Source: Octopus bimaculoides
Lineage: Eukaryota
Length of the DNA: 64,000 nt
Assembly (NCBI RefSeq): GCF_001194135.2
Contig: NC_068984.1
Location: forward strand, 32,122,074 to 32,186,073
Reading direction: 5' to 3'
Below are positions 53,769-64,000 of the stretch, piece by piece. Each line of letters begins with the position of its first letter. The first letter of the stretch is position 1. The notes under the pieces are model-generated. The model had not been told where the DNA came from. It did no database searches and saw only the letters and a program-made list of their open reading frames with translations. The position numbers and the translations under genes were made by a program.

Positions 53769-54829
53769 ATTGCAGATTTCAGCTGAAATTCTCAGTTGAA
53801 TTTATTTCAGTGTTTGCAATATATTCCTATAATTTTTTTTATACCCATTAACATTCGCAATGTTTTATTATATGTTTGTGTATCATATATAAGTATATAT
53901 GTATCTAAGAGTTCATGCATGTATATATGTGTGTAGGCATGTATTCTGTAGAGTTTTATTAATTCAGTATCCAATAACACAGCAAAGCTGGTTCTTGAGC
54001 ACTCATATGTGTTTTATCAATATTATTCTCAACTCAAGAACCCTCACTGACCACCTATGTCACTCTGCCATTCAATGCACTTAAGAAAATGGACTGTATC
54101 TAAATGTTTAGTCTTTTTCTATACTTGAGTGTTGTTCTTTCCTAAGTGAGTATGCTTTCCATGATCAAAAAGAGTAAATAATTTAAGCAAGATATGAAAA
54201 GACAGCACGTAGGTCTCATATTACACATGTAAAATGAAATAATAGGTTTAAAAATAGATGAAAACTGCAATGCTCTTGTGCATGAATATGACATAAGTTT
54301 GTGAACAATTTATAACATTAAGTAACAAAAGAGCAAATTAATGCAATTTATGGATGATTCAGAGACAAGTAAAAGTGTTGATGTGCAGCAAACATAACAC
54401 TATTCAGAACTGGATGCAGTATAAGTGGTTTATTGCAAAGTGATTTGAGAGTTTGACAATTTCAGAATCAATAGTCAATGAAAACAGCAAGCAATTACAC
54501 AAAGATGTGGGTATCACAGTAACTTGTGTTTTTACAGCTAGGTGGTTTAAAATATGAGATGACATCTGTAAACTTCATTTGTCCAATGGAAACAATTTAG
54601 CAAATATTCTTGGTGCTGAAATGTATTGTTATACAGGTGTGGACATGCACGCACCACACACACACACTTGTGTACACATACAGACATAGAGTGTTCAGGC
54701 TAAATTTAATGGTTTGCATAAAAGAAAAAGAAAACACACCATCCCCTCCAAAAATAAAACTATTTCTAAAAAATCAAAAAATATCAATTAAATTGTAGCT
54801 GGGAGATAATAGATTAATCAAACTAGCAA

Positions 54830-55520
54830 CCCTCAGCTTTCCTCCATAACTTGAAGATAGCTCCAGGATCTGAAATATGCATTCTTCATTGAATCCCTGG
54901 GAAGATCTTCGAACACTTCCATGATATTGGCTACCAATTCAGCCTTAGTGTTGCAAGCACAGTAGTTAGTCTCTTTCTCAACCATGTACCACATTTCGTA
55001 ATCCACAGAATTACAATTGAGGCTGATAAAGTCATAGAAATTCTTCAACAATCACATTTGACTCTATCCAGAGGTATGGCAAGGAACCAAATCCTGTTGT
55101 GACATATATGTCATTCCAGCAGCAACTCTCTCCAACTATGGATTGACCACAGTCTCCAACAGCCTCACATAGCTGTCTGCTTAAGACCTTGTTCACAGAT
55201 ATTGGGATGAATCCTGGAATGCAGACATAGTCAGAATGTCTGCTGTGTCCATTCCTCCTGGTCATGGCTTCGTTTTCTCTGATGCAGCTGTTCGTGTCAT
55301 GTTTTTGAGCAGCAGTAATGCTGTTAGCATTTTGATACTTGTTGCGAATCATCATGAAGCAAGTAACTATTTTTCAATATTCATCCAGATTCAGGTCCTG
55401 CATACCAGCTGACCTTTTCTCAGTTACAGCTTTCATTTTTATGCTCTCCAATGCATCAACTGTTTACCAATGCATCTGGCTGTTCTGGAAAAAAGGAGAC
55501 AAAAAAATTCATCAAAGTTG
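54830..55520 (-). mobile_element. Decayed Tc1/mariner-superfamily transposase, maT/DD37D-like
   Basis: Minus strand LLETVVNP*LERVAAGMTYMSQQDLVPCHTSG*SQM*LLKNFYDF...CNSVDYEMWYMVEKETN...NTKAELVANIMEVF; the WPPNSPD motif appears deleted. Confidence 0.8.
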
Positions 55521-57543
55521 GCCTGGAAACTCTGTGTGTATGCATATATATATATATATATATATATANNNNNNNNNNNNNNNNNNNNNNNNNNNNNNNN
55601 NNNNNNNNNNNNNNNNNNNNNNNNNNNNNNNNNNNNNNNNNNNNNNNNNNNNNNNNNNNNNNNNNNNNNNNNNNNNNNNNNNNNNNNNNNNNNNNNNNNN
55701 NNNNNNNNNNNNNNNNNNNNNNNNNNNNNNNNNNNNNNNNNNNNNNNNNNNNNNNNNNNNNNNNNNNNNNNNNNNNNNTATATATATATATATATATTCT
55801 TTTTTCTTCACTCGTTTATTACTGTTATTTTATTATTTTTCCAGACAATGGACAAGCGTCAAAATAATAAAAATGATAAAATAACAGTAATAAACAAATG
55901 AAAAAATATATATATATATATAGTGCATGTGTTTATTTGGCAAAAAAAAATGATAAATGAAATGACCATCCTGAAGTACAACAATATATGTATACACTTA
56001 TATATATGACAAGCTTCTTTTGTGGACTTTCTTTACTTGTCACCATCTAGCAAATCTACTGCCGAGGCTTTTGTCAGTCTGGGATTAGAGTAGAAGACAC
56101 TTGCCCAAGGTGTACATATTAATCCAGTCTTTATGGAATTTTCATGTAATTAAAATACACTCTTCTTTGCAATTTCTGTCCACAGGAGGGTTTCAGTCAA
56201 ATCCAGTTGACTGACAAATCATTACAACTATCACAGAATGTATTTTATAATTAGATGGACTGTGCCAAGCAAGGCTAGAAAACACTGGAAGGAAAAAATG
56301 ATGGAGACAACAGTATTGCAACAGTTAATTTAGAGGATAAAGCAGACGAGGAAAGACTGAAAAGGAACAATAAGTACATGTGGTTTAGTTTGGGGATGTG
56401 GTGTTACATACTTCAGAAAATAACAGGAACAAATATAACTGTAGTTGTTGGTGAGACACAGAAAAATGTAGCTTTGTGGTTGACTGATAGTTGGATATTG
56501 TTAATGACTCGAAATGCTAGGCACTAAATACAGTACTGATAAATAGGAAACACTTAATCCTTCAGCCAACAAGCTGTCTCCCTAATGATATGACCAGTTC
56601 AAAGCACTGGAATCAGTTTTTCATTCCTAATAAATTCATGTCAGAAATCATCACGATTATGATACATGAACACAATCTCAGCATTATAATCAGAACATGG
56701 ACGTTTATACTGTTATCATTCTTATCTTCATCATCACAACCATCATTGCCTGTTAAAAAAAAAACAAAAAAAACAACAACAACAACAAGATGCATGATTG
56801 CAATATGCATCTGCATTACTTTCATCTTTCTCATCATCATTAACATGATTATCATGGTCATTATCACCATCAGCCTTACCACAATCACTACAATAATCAC
56901 TTTTATCATCACCACTAATTTTATCATCATCATTAGCAACAAATTTGAAAAGTTTTGGTGCATTGTTTGAGAAAACCGTATACTGCGGTCATCTCTTTAC
57001 ATCATTGCTATAAATGCAAATTATCGATTTTTTTTCTTCTTTATATTTTTGTTGTTTCTGTTTCCATATTTTTTACGTGACTTCCTTCTCACTTTATGTA
57101 AATTCTTATGAACTTTTACTATTAGATATCTTTATTTTATGTGCCATATCAGAAACATTTTGTCATCTTCAATTTGTGTGGCTATTTTATGGGGAAGTGA
57201 TAAAATATCTGAATCAAAGATTTTATGGCTATAGTTTATATTCCAATGCTACATGAACTTCATCAAATAATGATTTTATTTAATGTTGAATGTACTTTTT
57301 CTTTTCTTTTCTATAGGCTATATCTTGGGAAATAATAATTTTTTTCTCAGTCAAGTGACAGTGGAATATTTTGCTTTTCTCACAGACTGTTTACTACTAC
57401 TGTTGGTTCATTTATTTATTTGTTTATATGTCTATTATTTATTATTTTCTTTATCCTCTTATTCTAGCACATGTTATTGCTTATTTTCAAAGAGTCATAC
57501 AAAAGACACTATCATATAAGCAATAGGGCAACAAATGCACCAT

Positions 57544-57574
<31 letters not shown>

Positions 57575-57907
57575 TAGTTGTAAGAAACAATTCCCATATA
57601 CCAGCAAAGAAATACTATAATGATAATGTAAGCGATAAAAGTATAAGTCATATATTGAACAAAGCAAAAACATGCCAACACCCAACACTTAAGCTGTTAT
57701 GGTACTTGCAGTCACACAAAATGTGATTAAAGGATGACACAAAGATGATGAGACATAAAAAAAATAATAAATAAATAAAATAAAAAAATAAATAAAAAAT
57801 ATATAGATATTAGAAAGCATTTAATATTCAGTTATCTTCAAGTTCTTTCTTTCATTGTCTCATATAGACCGAAATGCACACACATTATATATATATATGT
57901 GTATATA

Positions 57908-58568
57908 NNNNNNNNNNNNNNNNNNNNNNNNNNNNNNNNNNNNNNNNNNNNNNNNNNNNNNNNNNNNNNNNNNNNNNNNNNNNNNNNNNNNNNNNNNNNN
58001 NNNNNNNNNNNNNNNNNNNNNNNNNNNNNNNNNNNNNNNNNNNNNNNNNNNNNNNNNNNNNNNNNNNNNNNNNNNNNNNNNNNNNNNNNNNNNNNNNNNN
58101 NNNNNNNNNNNNNNNNNNNNNNNNNNNNNNNNNNNNNNNNNNNNNNNNNNNNNNNNNNNNNNNNNNNNNNNNNNNNNNNNNNNNNNNNNNNNNNNNNNNN
58201 NNNNNNNNNNNNNNNNNNNNNNNNNNNNNNNNNNNNNNNNNNNNNNNNNNNNNNNNNNNNNNNNNNNNNNNNNNNNNNNNNNNNNNNNNNNNNNNNNNNN
58301 NNNNNNNNNNNNNNNNNNNNNNNNNNNNNNNNNNNNNNNNNNNNNNNNNNNNNNNNNNNNNNNNNNNNNNNNNNNNNNNNNNNNNNNNNNNNNNNNNNNN
58401 NNNNNNNNNNNNNNNNNNNNNNNNNNNNNNNNNNNNNNNNNNNNNNNNNNNNNNNNNNNNNNNNNNNNNNNNNNNNNNNNNNNNNNNNNNNNNNNNNNNN
58501 NNNNNNNNNNNNNNNNNNNNNNNNNNNNNNNNNNNNNNNNNNNNNNNNNNNNNNNNNNNNNNNNNNNN
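57908..58568. other. Assembly gap bounded by microsatellites (others near 3032, 27343, 34646, 52048, 55569 and 60204-60799)
   Basis: N runs flanked by (TA)n/(TG)n, typical of a short-read scaffold. Confidence 0.95.
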
Positions 58569-58611
<43 letters not shown>

Positions 58612-61325
58612 ATGATTTGAGGTACCCAGTATGAAGATAGTAGCTACTAATAATTTCTTGCTTTGGAGACATGAGTATAAGCAGGTTTTTATAACAGACA
58701 TTGTGTCTCCAAGCAATTATCAAGCTCTGAGCACATGGTCTATTCAATTTGCAAATCAGAATGCTGTTGCAAGAGAAATCACAAGAAATCACATGCAAAA
58801 TGTGGAAGGGGAGATTCTTGCATCTAACTTCTTGTTTCTCCTAATTTGCAAATTGACTCATGGAAAAAACTGAAAGCATCATCAAGTGCATGCACTGCAA
58901 GTCTTTCTTCTATGAGAACCCATCCGCCATCAAGTCCTGAAAGTGTCCACCCCCTATGAAGGACCTTATTTTACAGAGATGTATATAGATAAGCATCATT
59001 CCCTTTGCTTAGTCGGATACATAAGGTGTTCGTTTTGGTAAGGTGAGGATTTTGTTTGTTTATATATATTGATACTATACTATGCTGATGAGTGGAAACT
59101 AGATTTCATTCTGGTAATCGTGAAATCGGTCGATACATAGTTGAGTTTTTTTTTTTAAATGTTTTTTTTAAGGTTGCTTTTCCTCGCATTCAGTACTAAA
59201 ATGTGTCCATTTGGGAAGTCTGGTTTGTGGCATTATTCTATAGTAATGCCCTTTATATATATATAAACGAATAAGTATTTTCTTGGGAATAGAAATTTCC
59301 CTTAGGAATTTTTTTACACACTAGCTTCCTGATAAAATTCTTGTAAAAGATTTTTATCCTATTTTGATTTTATTAACCAAATATATTTTATTTATATATA
59401 TATATATATATGATAAAGAGAGTTGTACAAAACAGTGTTGGATAAATATATGCATACACAGTAATATTTAACATGTTTATGTACTCTCAAATGTGAAAAG
59501 ATCTTTCACTGCAGAGATAGTCTTGGAAGAAATTTCGTCTTTCAGACAACATGTATAAAAAGTACATTGAGCCATGAATGATGCCATCAGCTCATGGGAA
59601 GCCTGTGTTTCTGCATTGTTACATGTGAGAAGCCGTGAATACCAAATTCCCTGTTCACTGCTCTAACAGAAAGACAGTTCTGATATATAAGAGCAAACAG
59701 TTAATTTACTAGTGTGCATAAAGCTTGGTCAAGCTCGGATTAATTAAATGAAGTCACACAAAGCAGCAGGTAAGACACATAAGAATGTAGAAACACATGC
59801 CTCCCATGCTCCAATGACGTCATTCATAGCCAAATGTGTTTTCATATATGTTGTCTAAGAGTTAAATTTCTTCCCAAACTATTTATACATTGAAAAGTAT
59901 TCCCTCTTGTGAGTGTACCCAAATATGTCAAATATCATTGCGTATATGCGTACCTTACATAAAGATTAATTTTTGATTTATTGAGATTATCCCTGATTTC
60001 AGAGAGAGTGTATGTATGTATGTGTGTATATATATATACATATATAGCTTTAATTGTTGAACAGATATGATATGAATGGATATAGTGGCGCTATAGTGGT
60101 TCTGACCGCTATTTCTAGACATGTATGGATTTCTCTAACCCTCTCCGTTATAACTGTAATTTATTCACAATCATACACTCTTATATATATATATATATAT
60201 ATANNNNNNNNNNNNNNNNNNNNNNNNNNNNNNNNNNNNNNNNNNNNNNNNNNNNNNNNNNNNNNNNNNNNNNNNNNNNNNNNNNNNNNNNNNNNNNNNN
60301 NNNNNNNNNNNNNNNNNNNNNNNNNNNNNNNNNNNNNNNNNNNNNNNNNNNNNNNNNNNNNNNNNNNNNNNNNNNNNNNNNNNNNNNNNNNNNNNNNNNN
60401 NNNNNNNNNNNNNNNNNNNNNNNNNNNNNNNNNNNNNNNNNNNNNNNNNNNNNNNNNNNNNNNNNNNNNNNNNNNNNNNNNNNNNNNNNNNNNNNNNNNN
60501 NNNNNNNNNNNNNNNNNNNNNNNNNNNNNNNNNNNNNNNNNNNNNNNNNNNNNNNNNNNNNNNNNNNNNNNNNNNNNNNNNNNNNNNNNNNNNNNNNNNN
60601 NNNNNNNNNNNNNNNNNNNNNNNNNNNNNNNNNNNNNNNNNNNNNNNNNNNNNNNNNNNNNNNNNNNNNNNNNNNNNNNNNNNNNNNNNNNNNNNNNNNN
60701 NNNNNNNNNNNNNNNNNNNNNNNNNNNNNNNNNNNNNNNNNNNNNNNNNNNNNNNNNNNNNNNNNNNNNNNNNNNNNNNNNNNNNNNNNNNNNNNNNNNG
60801 AAACAAGGGGAGGAAGTAGAAGAATTGGTGAGCAACGAGAGAAAGAGAGAAATATAGTAGTGACAGAAGGAAGAACGAGAGGGGAAAAAGAGAGATATAG
60901 TAGTAACAGAAGGAAGAACGGGAGGGGTAAAGAGAGATACGTAGTAGTAACAGAGGAAGAACGAGAGGGGGGAAAAGGGATAGAGAAAGAGATAGAATCG
61001 CGTCAGAAAATATAAAGTTGAAAAAACTACTTACAACAGGGATGACGCAGGCGTTCGATCATGTAAAACAAATAATAAATGAGTATATGCATATATACGT
61101 ACAGGTATGTGCATACCTACGTCTACCTGTATATATAGGTGCATATCTGGGTAATAAATTACAGTTATAACGGAGAGGGTTATAGAAACCCATACGTGTC
61201 TAGAAATAGCGGTCAAAACCACTATAGCGCCACTATAACCATTCATATCATATCTGTTCAACAATTAAAGCTGTCGGCGAGCGACATGACAAAAATTCAG
61301 AATTTAAATAAAAATGAAAGGTTAG

Positions 61326-61386
61326 TCCTCTATTGCAATTTCGAAGTTAGGAACCAAAAGTGGATCCATTCTTCTCTTCAGGAGAA
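61326..61386 (-). ncRNA. Intact minimal type I hammerhead ribozyme
   Basis: TTCTC-CTGAAGA-GAAG-aat-GGATCCA-cttt-TGGTTCC-taa-CTTC-GAAA-TTGCAA-TA-GAGGA; full core, G10.1-C11.1 pair, palindromic ATTGCAAT stem III, AUA cleavage triplet. Confidence 0.8.
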
Positions 61387-61851
61387 CATTTTTATACACA
61401 GAAATTAACACAAAAAAATCGAAGCTTGGGGCTTAACATGTGCCCCGACTGGCAAGAGTAATGTGTCAATGTCTATCTACACAATTCAAATTCTGAATCC
61501 AAATGTCATGCACAGCGTTTATAAAAAGAGACCAGTTCAACAAGCCACAGCGAAAAACTGGATATGAGTGAACAATAAATAATAATAGAGGAACGAATGT
61601 AAGAATATATTACGCAGGATATATCGTAAGCAGTTCAAAATTATTTATGAATATATAATTGGCCAAAACATGCAATCAATGAAGTTTGTCATAAAAGACG
61701 AGTGTATAATTATGAATAAATCAATTATAATGGAGGAGGTTTGAATTTAGAATTTGAATTATGTAGATAGACTCTAACACATATTTGCTGATCGGGACAC
61801 ATTTTAAGCCCCAAGCTATGATTTTTGTGTTAATTTCTATAAACAGGAACG

Positions 61852-61912
61852 TTTTCCTGATGAGAAGAATAGATCCACTTTTGGTTCCTAACTTCGAAAT
61901 TACAACAAAGGA
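61852..61912 (+). ncRNA. Paralogous hammerhead, probably inactive
   Basis: CTGATGA-GAAG...CTTC-GAAA intact, but U16.1 changed to C, the palindrome is broken (TTACAA) and stem I is mismatched. Confidence 0.65.
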
Positions 61913-62257
61913 CTAACCTTTTATTTTTATTTAAGTTTTGAATTTTTATGTCATGTCATTCGCCGACAGCTTTTATTGTTGAGGAGATATAATACAAGTG
62001 GTTATAGTGGCTTTATAGTGGTTTTGACTGCTCTTTCTAGACATTTATGGGTTTTTATAACCCTCTCTGTTATAATTGTGATTTATTCACAATTATACAC
62101 TCTTCCGTTATGAAAAAATGTTTTGATTGCATGTTCTGGCCACTGATATATTCGTAAATAATTTTGAATTGTTTATGATATATCTTGCATAATGTATTTT
62201 TACATTAATTCCTCTTTTTCATATATATAAATACACATACATACATACATACATACA

Positions 62258-62330
62258 TACATACATTCAAATCGCCTTATGATTTTCATTGAGCTCATGC
62301 GGTACCCATTTATCGAGCTTTTTCACCCTA
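62258..62330 (-). mobile_element. Short mariner transposase fragment (WVPHEL motif)
   Basis: Minus strand NRVKKLDKWVPHELNENHK contains the conserved mariner linker motif. Confidence 0.8.
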
Positions 62331-63883
62331 TTAATAGAAAGTAATTATTAAAGGCTTGACCGTCTGGAAATTTCTTTATAAATTCATGTTCCAAGAAATT
62401 TCCTGTAATTTTGATTTCTGAATTTTATTGAATATTTGATCTACAAGTTTTTCATAAATTTAAGTATATGTTGCATTCCCCGTGAAGTAGATTTTAATGT
62501 TTAATAAGCAATATATTAATTCATTGCAGGGCAGGTAAAATTTTCCACTTTTATTTGCAACAGTTTCTCATTCTCTCTTGCTTCTATTTTCATTAAGGAT
62601 AATTTAATACATATTCATTTCAATGTTTTCATTTCAAGTCTTAATTCGCTATTTGCAAAACCCACAGTTTATTCTATATACGTAATGCAAAAAAAAAATA
62701 TATATATATATTTATTGAATGAATGAATGCTATTAGACAAAATAGTTGTATAACTTTGTTACGTGAATATTTTTTATAAAAGGAATTTTTTTAATATATT
62801 GGAATAATAAAAAAAAGTAAGAAGTTATTTGGTTGGTATGGCTGTTTGGAACGCTATAAGCCTTACAATAATAAGTATGTGATTGCTGCTATTTATAGCA
62901 TGCTAAACGTAGTTGGATTACCTTGAAGTTTGTTTAAAGTAGAGATATATTACAACTACGATAAATTACTGAAAGAAATATTTACTAAACAAGTGAATTT
63001 TTTTATAAATTGGAGTTTTCAGGAAAATTTACTTTCTGAACTTCCTTTTATCATTGAATATTTCAAGTTCACAAGTTTAGATATTCAGTACAAGATAGTT
63101 TTTAACGAGCTTTTATTTATACATTATTTTTCCTTTCATGTTTATTTCATTCATTGTTTGCAATGTTCTGTCTCCACCTCTCCCTCTCACACAAACACTG
63201 TCTCTCTAATGTAAACACACACACACAATGTATCTGCAATATAAACATGCACACTCCAGGTTTGATTTCATTATTGCGCAAATATCAAAGTAGAATTTAG
63301 CAATTCAACATGGGGCGTCAAAAAAAAAATGACTGAAAAAGAACATTTAGCAGCAAAGGCATGGCAGCAGAGCGCCTCTAATTGTTTTCACTAATAATAA
63401 TTTACTTAATATATATTCATTGCAATTTTTCATTTCAAGTTTTATTTCATTATTTCAGATGAGGAAATCAGGTATTTTGTTGACCTAAATTTGTTATGTA
63501 AATTCCCTTAGTTTATTGTTTATGCATACTGGAAAAAAAATATATTGGACAATTTATTAAAAATTTACTTAAGCTTCAAGCTCATTTGACTTATTTCCTT
63601 TCTGTCATTATCAACAAATTATCAAGTGAATTTGTTGCTATGGCTATTTGACATGCTATAGGTATGAAAATATCTCTATATGACCGCTGCTATTTTTTGC
63701 CCTCTAAACATAGTTGGACTACCTTGATATTTGTTTAAAAAAGACAGATTATGATTGTGATAAAGTAACAAAAGCAATATTTACTAAGCAAGAGAGCACT
63801 ATAATACAAATAAACAATTAAACATAAATTTTCATAAAAATTATTAGAATTGGGAATCAAATGTAAAAATATTATCAACTGGA

Positions 63884-63921
63884 TGGCAGAAAATCGTCCG
63901 GAGCGGGCGATCTTTCTGCCA
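63884..63921. other. Isolated GC-rich 16-bp hairpin, possibly a transposon terminal structure
   Basis: tggcagaaaatcgtcc-ggagc-gggcgatctttctgcca; one bulge, one G-T pair, CpG-rich in very AT-rich context. Confidence 0.6.
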
Positions 63922-63959
63922 ATATATATAATATATATAATAGATTTATCTATATATAA

Positions 63960-64000
<41 letters not shown>

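Larger units (their letters stand above)
60050..62222. repeat. ~560-bp non-coding HHR-bearing unit in tandem and inverted arrangement (retrozyme/PLE-like)
   Basis: Marker aataaa..a.ttataa.ggag.gg at 61153 and 61715 (period ~562); arms 61150-61505 and 61740-62090 are inverted; 61580-61730 is inverted with 62075-62222; an extra partial copy lies at 60050-60181. Confidence 0.85.

Noticed and set aside
58747-58854. Two ATTTGCAAAT palindromes as POU-type sites
   Set aside because: A short AT-rich motif that is not significant without chromatin data
59085-59105. CTGATGA-GTG-GAAAC as a hammerhead
   Set aside because: No room for stem II and no stem I pairing
59546-59769. Plus-strand non-coding exon (tctttcag ... 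CAG|GTAAGA)
   Set aside because: No open frame and no independent support; cannot be distinguished from chance
1-64000. Most ORF-track entries (YIYI, VCVC, HTHT, poly-S/T/L/H/I and X-filled ORFs)
   Set aside because: They are translations of microsatellites or N gaps, or antisense to TE relics; none shows a recognisable domain apart from the TE fragments listed
1-64000. Prokaryotic systems (CRISPR arrays, operons, rRNA, phage)
   Set aside because: No regular repeat-spacer array, no gene-dense or rRNA-like sequence; the content is eukaryotic repeat DNA

Overview
This is AT-rich eukaryotic draft-assembly sequence with many N gaps flanked by (TA)n/(CA)n/(TACA)n microsatellites. The repeat content (tRNA-derived SINE families, RTE-LINE 3' tails ending in (GAT)n, dense microsatellites) best fits a coleoid cephalopod such as Octopus; this is an inference. 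No protein-coding gene can be called with confidence, and most ORF-track entries are microsatellite or antisense artefacts. The window looks intronic or intergenic and is filled with transposon relics: RTE LINEs, R4-like and Hero-like REL retrotransposon fragments, maT- and mariner-type transposase fragments, a MITE and at least three SINE families. The most notable signal is four different type I hammerhead-ribozyme (HHR) families, three embedded in inverted or tandem repeats typical of Penelope-like elements (PLE) or retrozymes. One of them (61326-61386, minus strand) has a complete canonical core. It sits inside a ~560-bp non-coding unit arranged both head-to-tail and as a foldback, making it a candidate retrozyme-like element. 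A speculative four-exon plus-strand small ORF and a few isolated exon-like segments are listed at low confidence.
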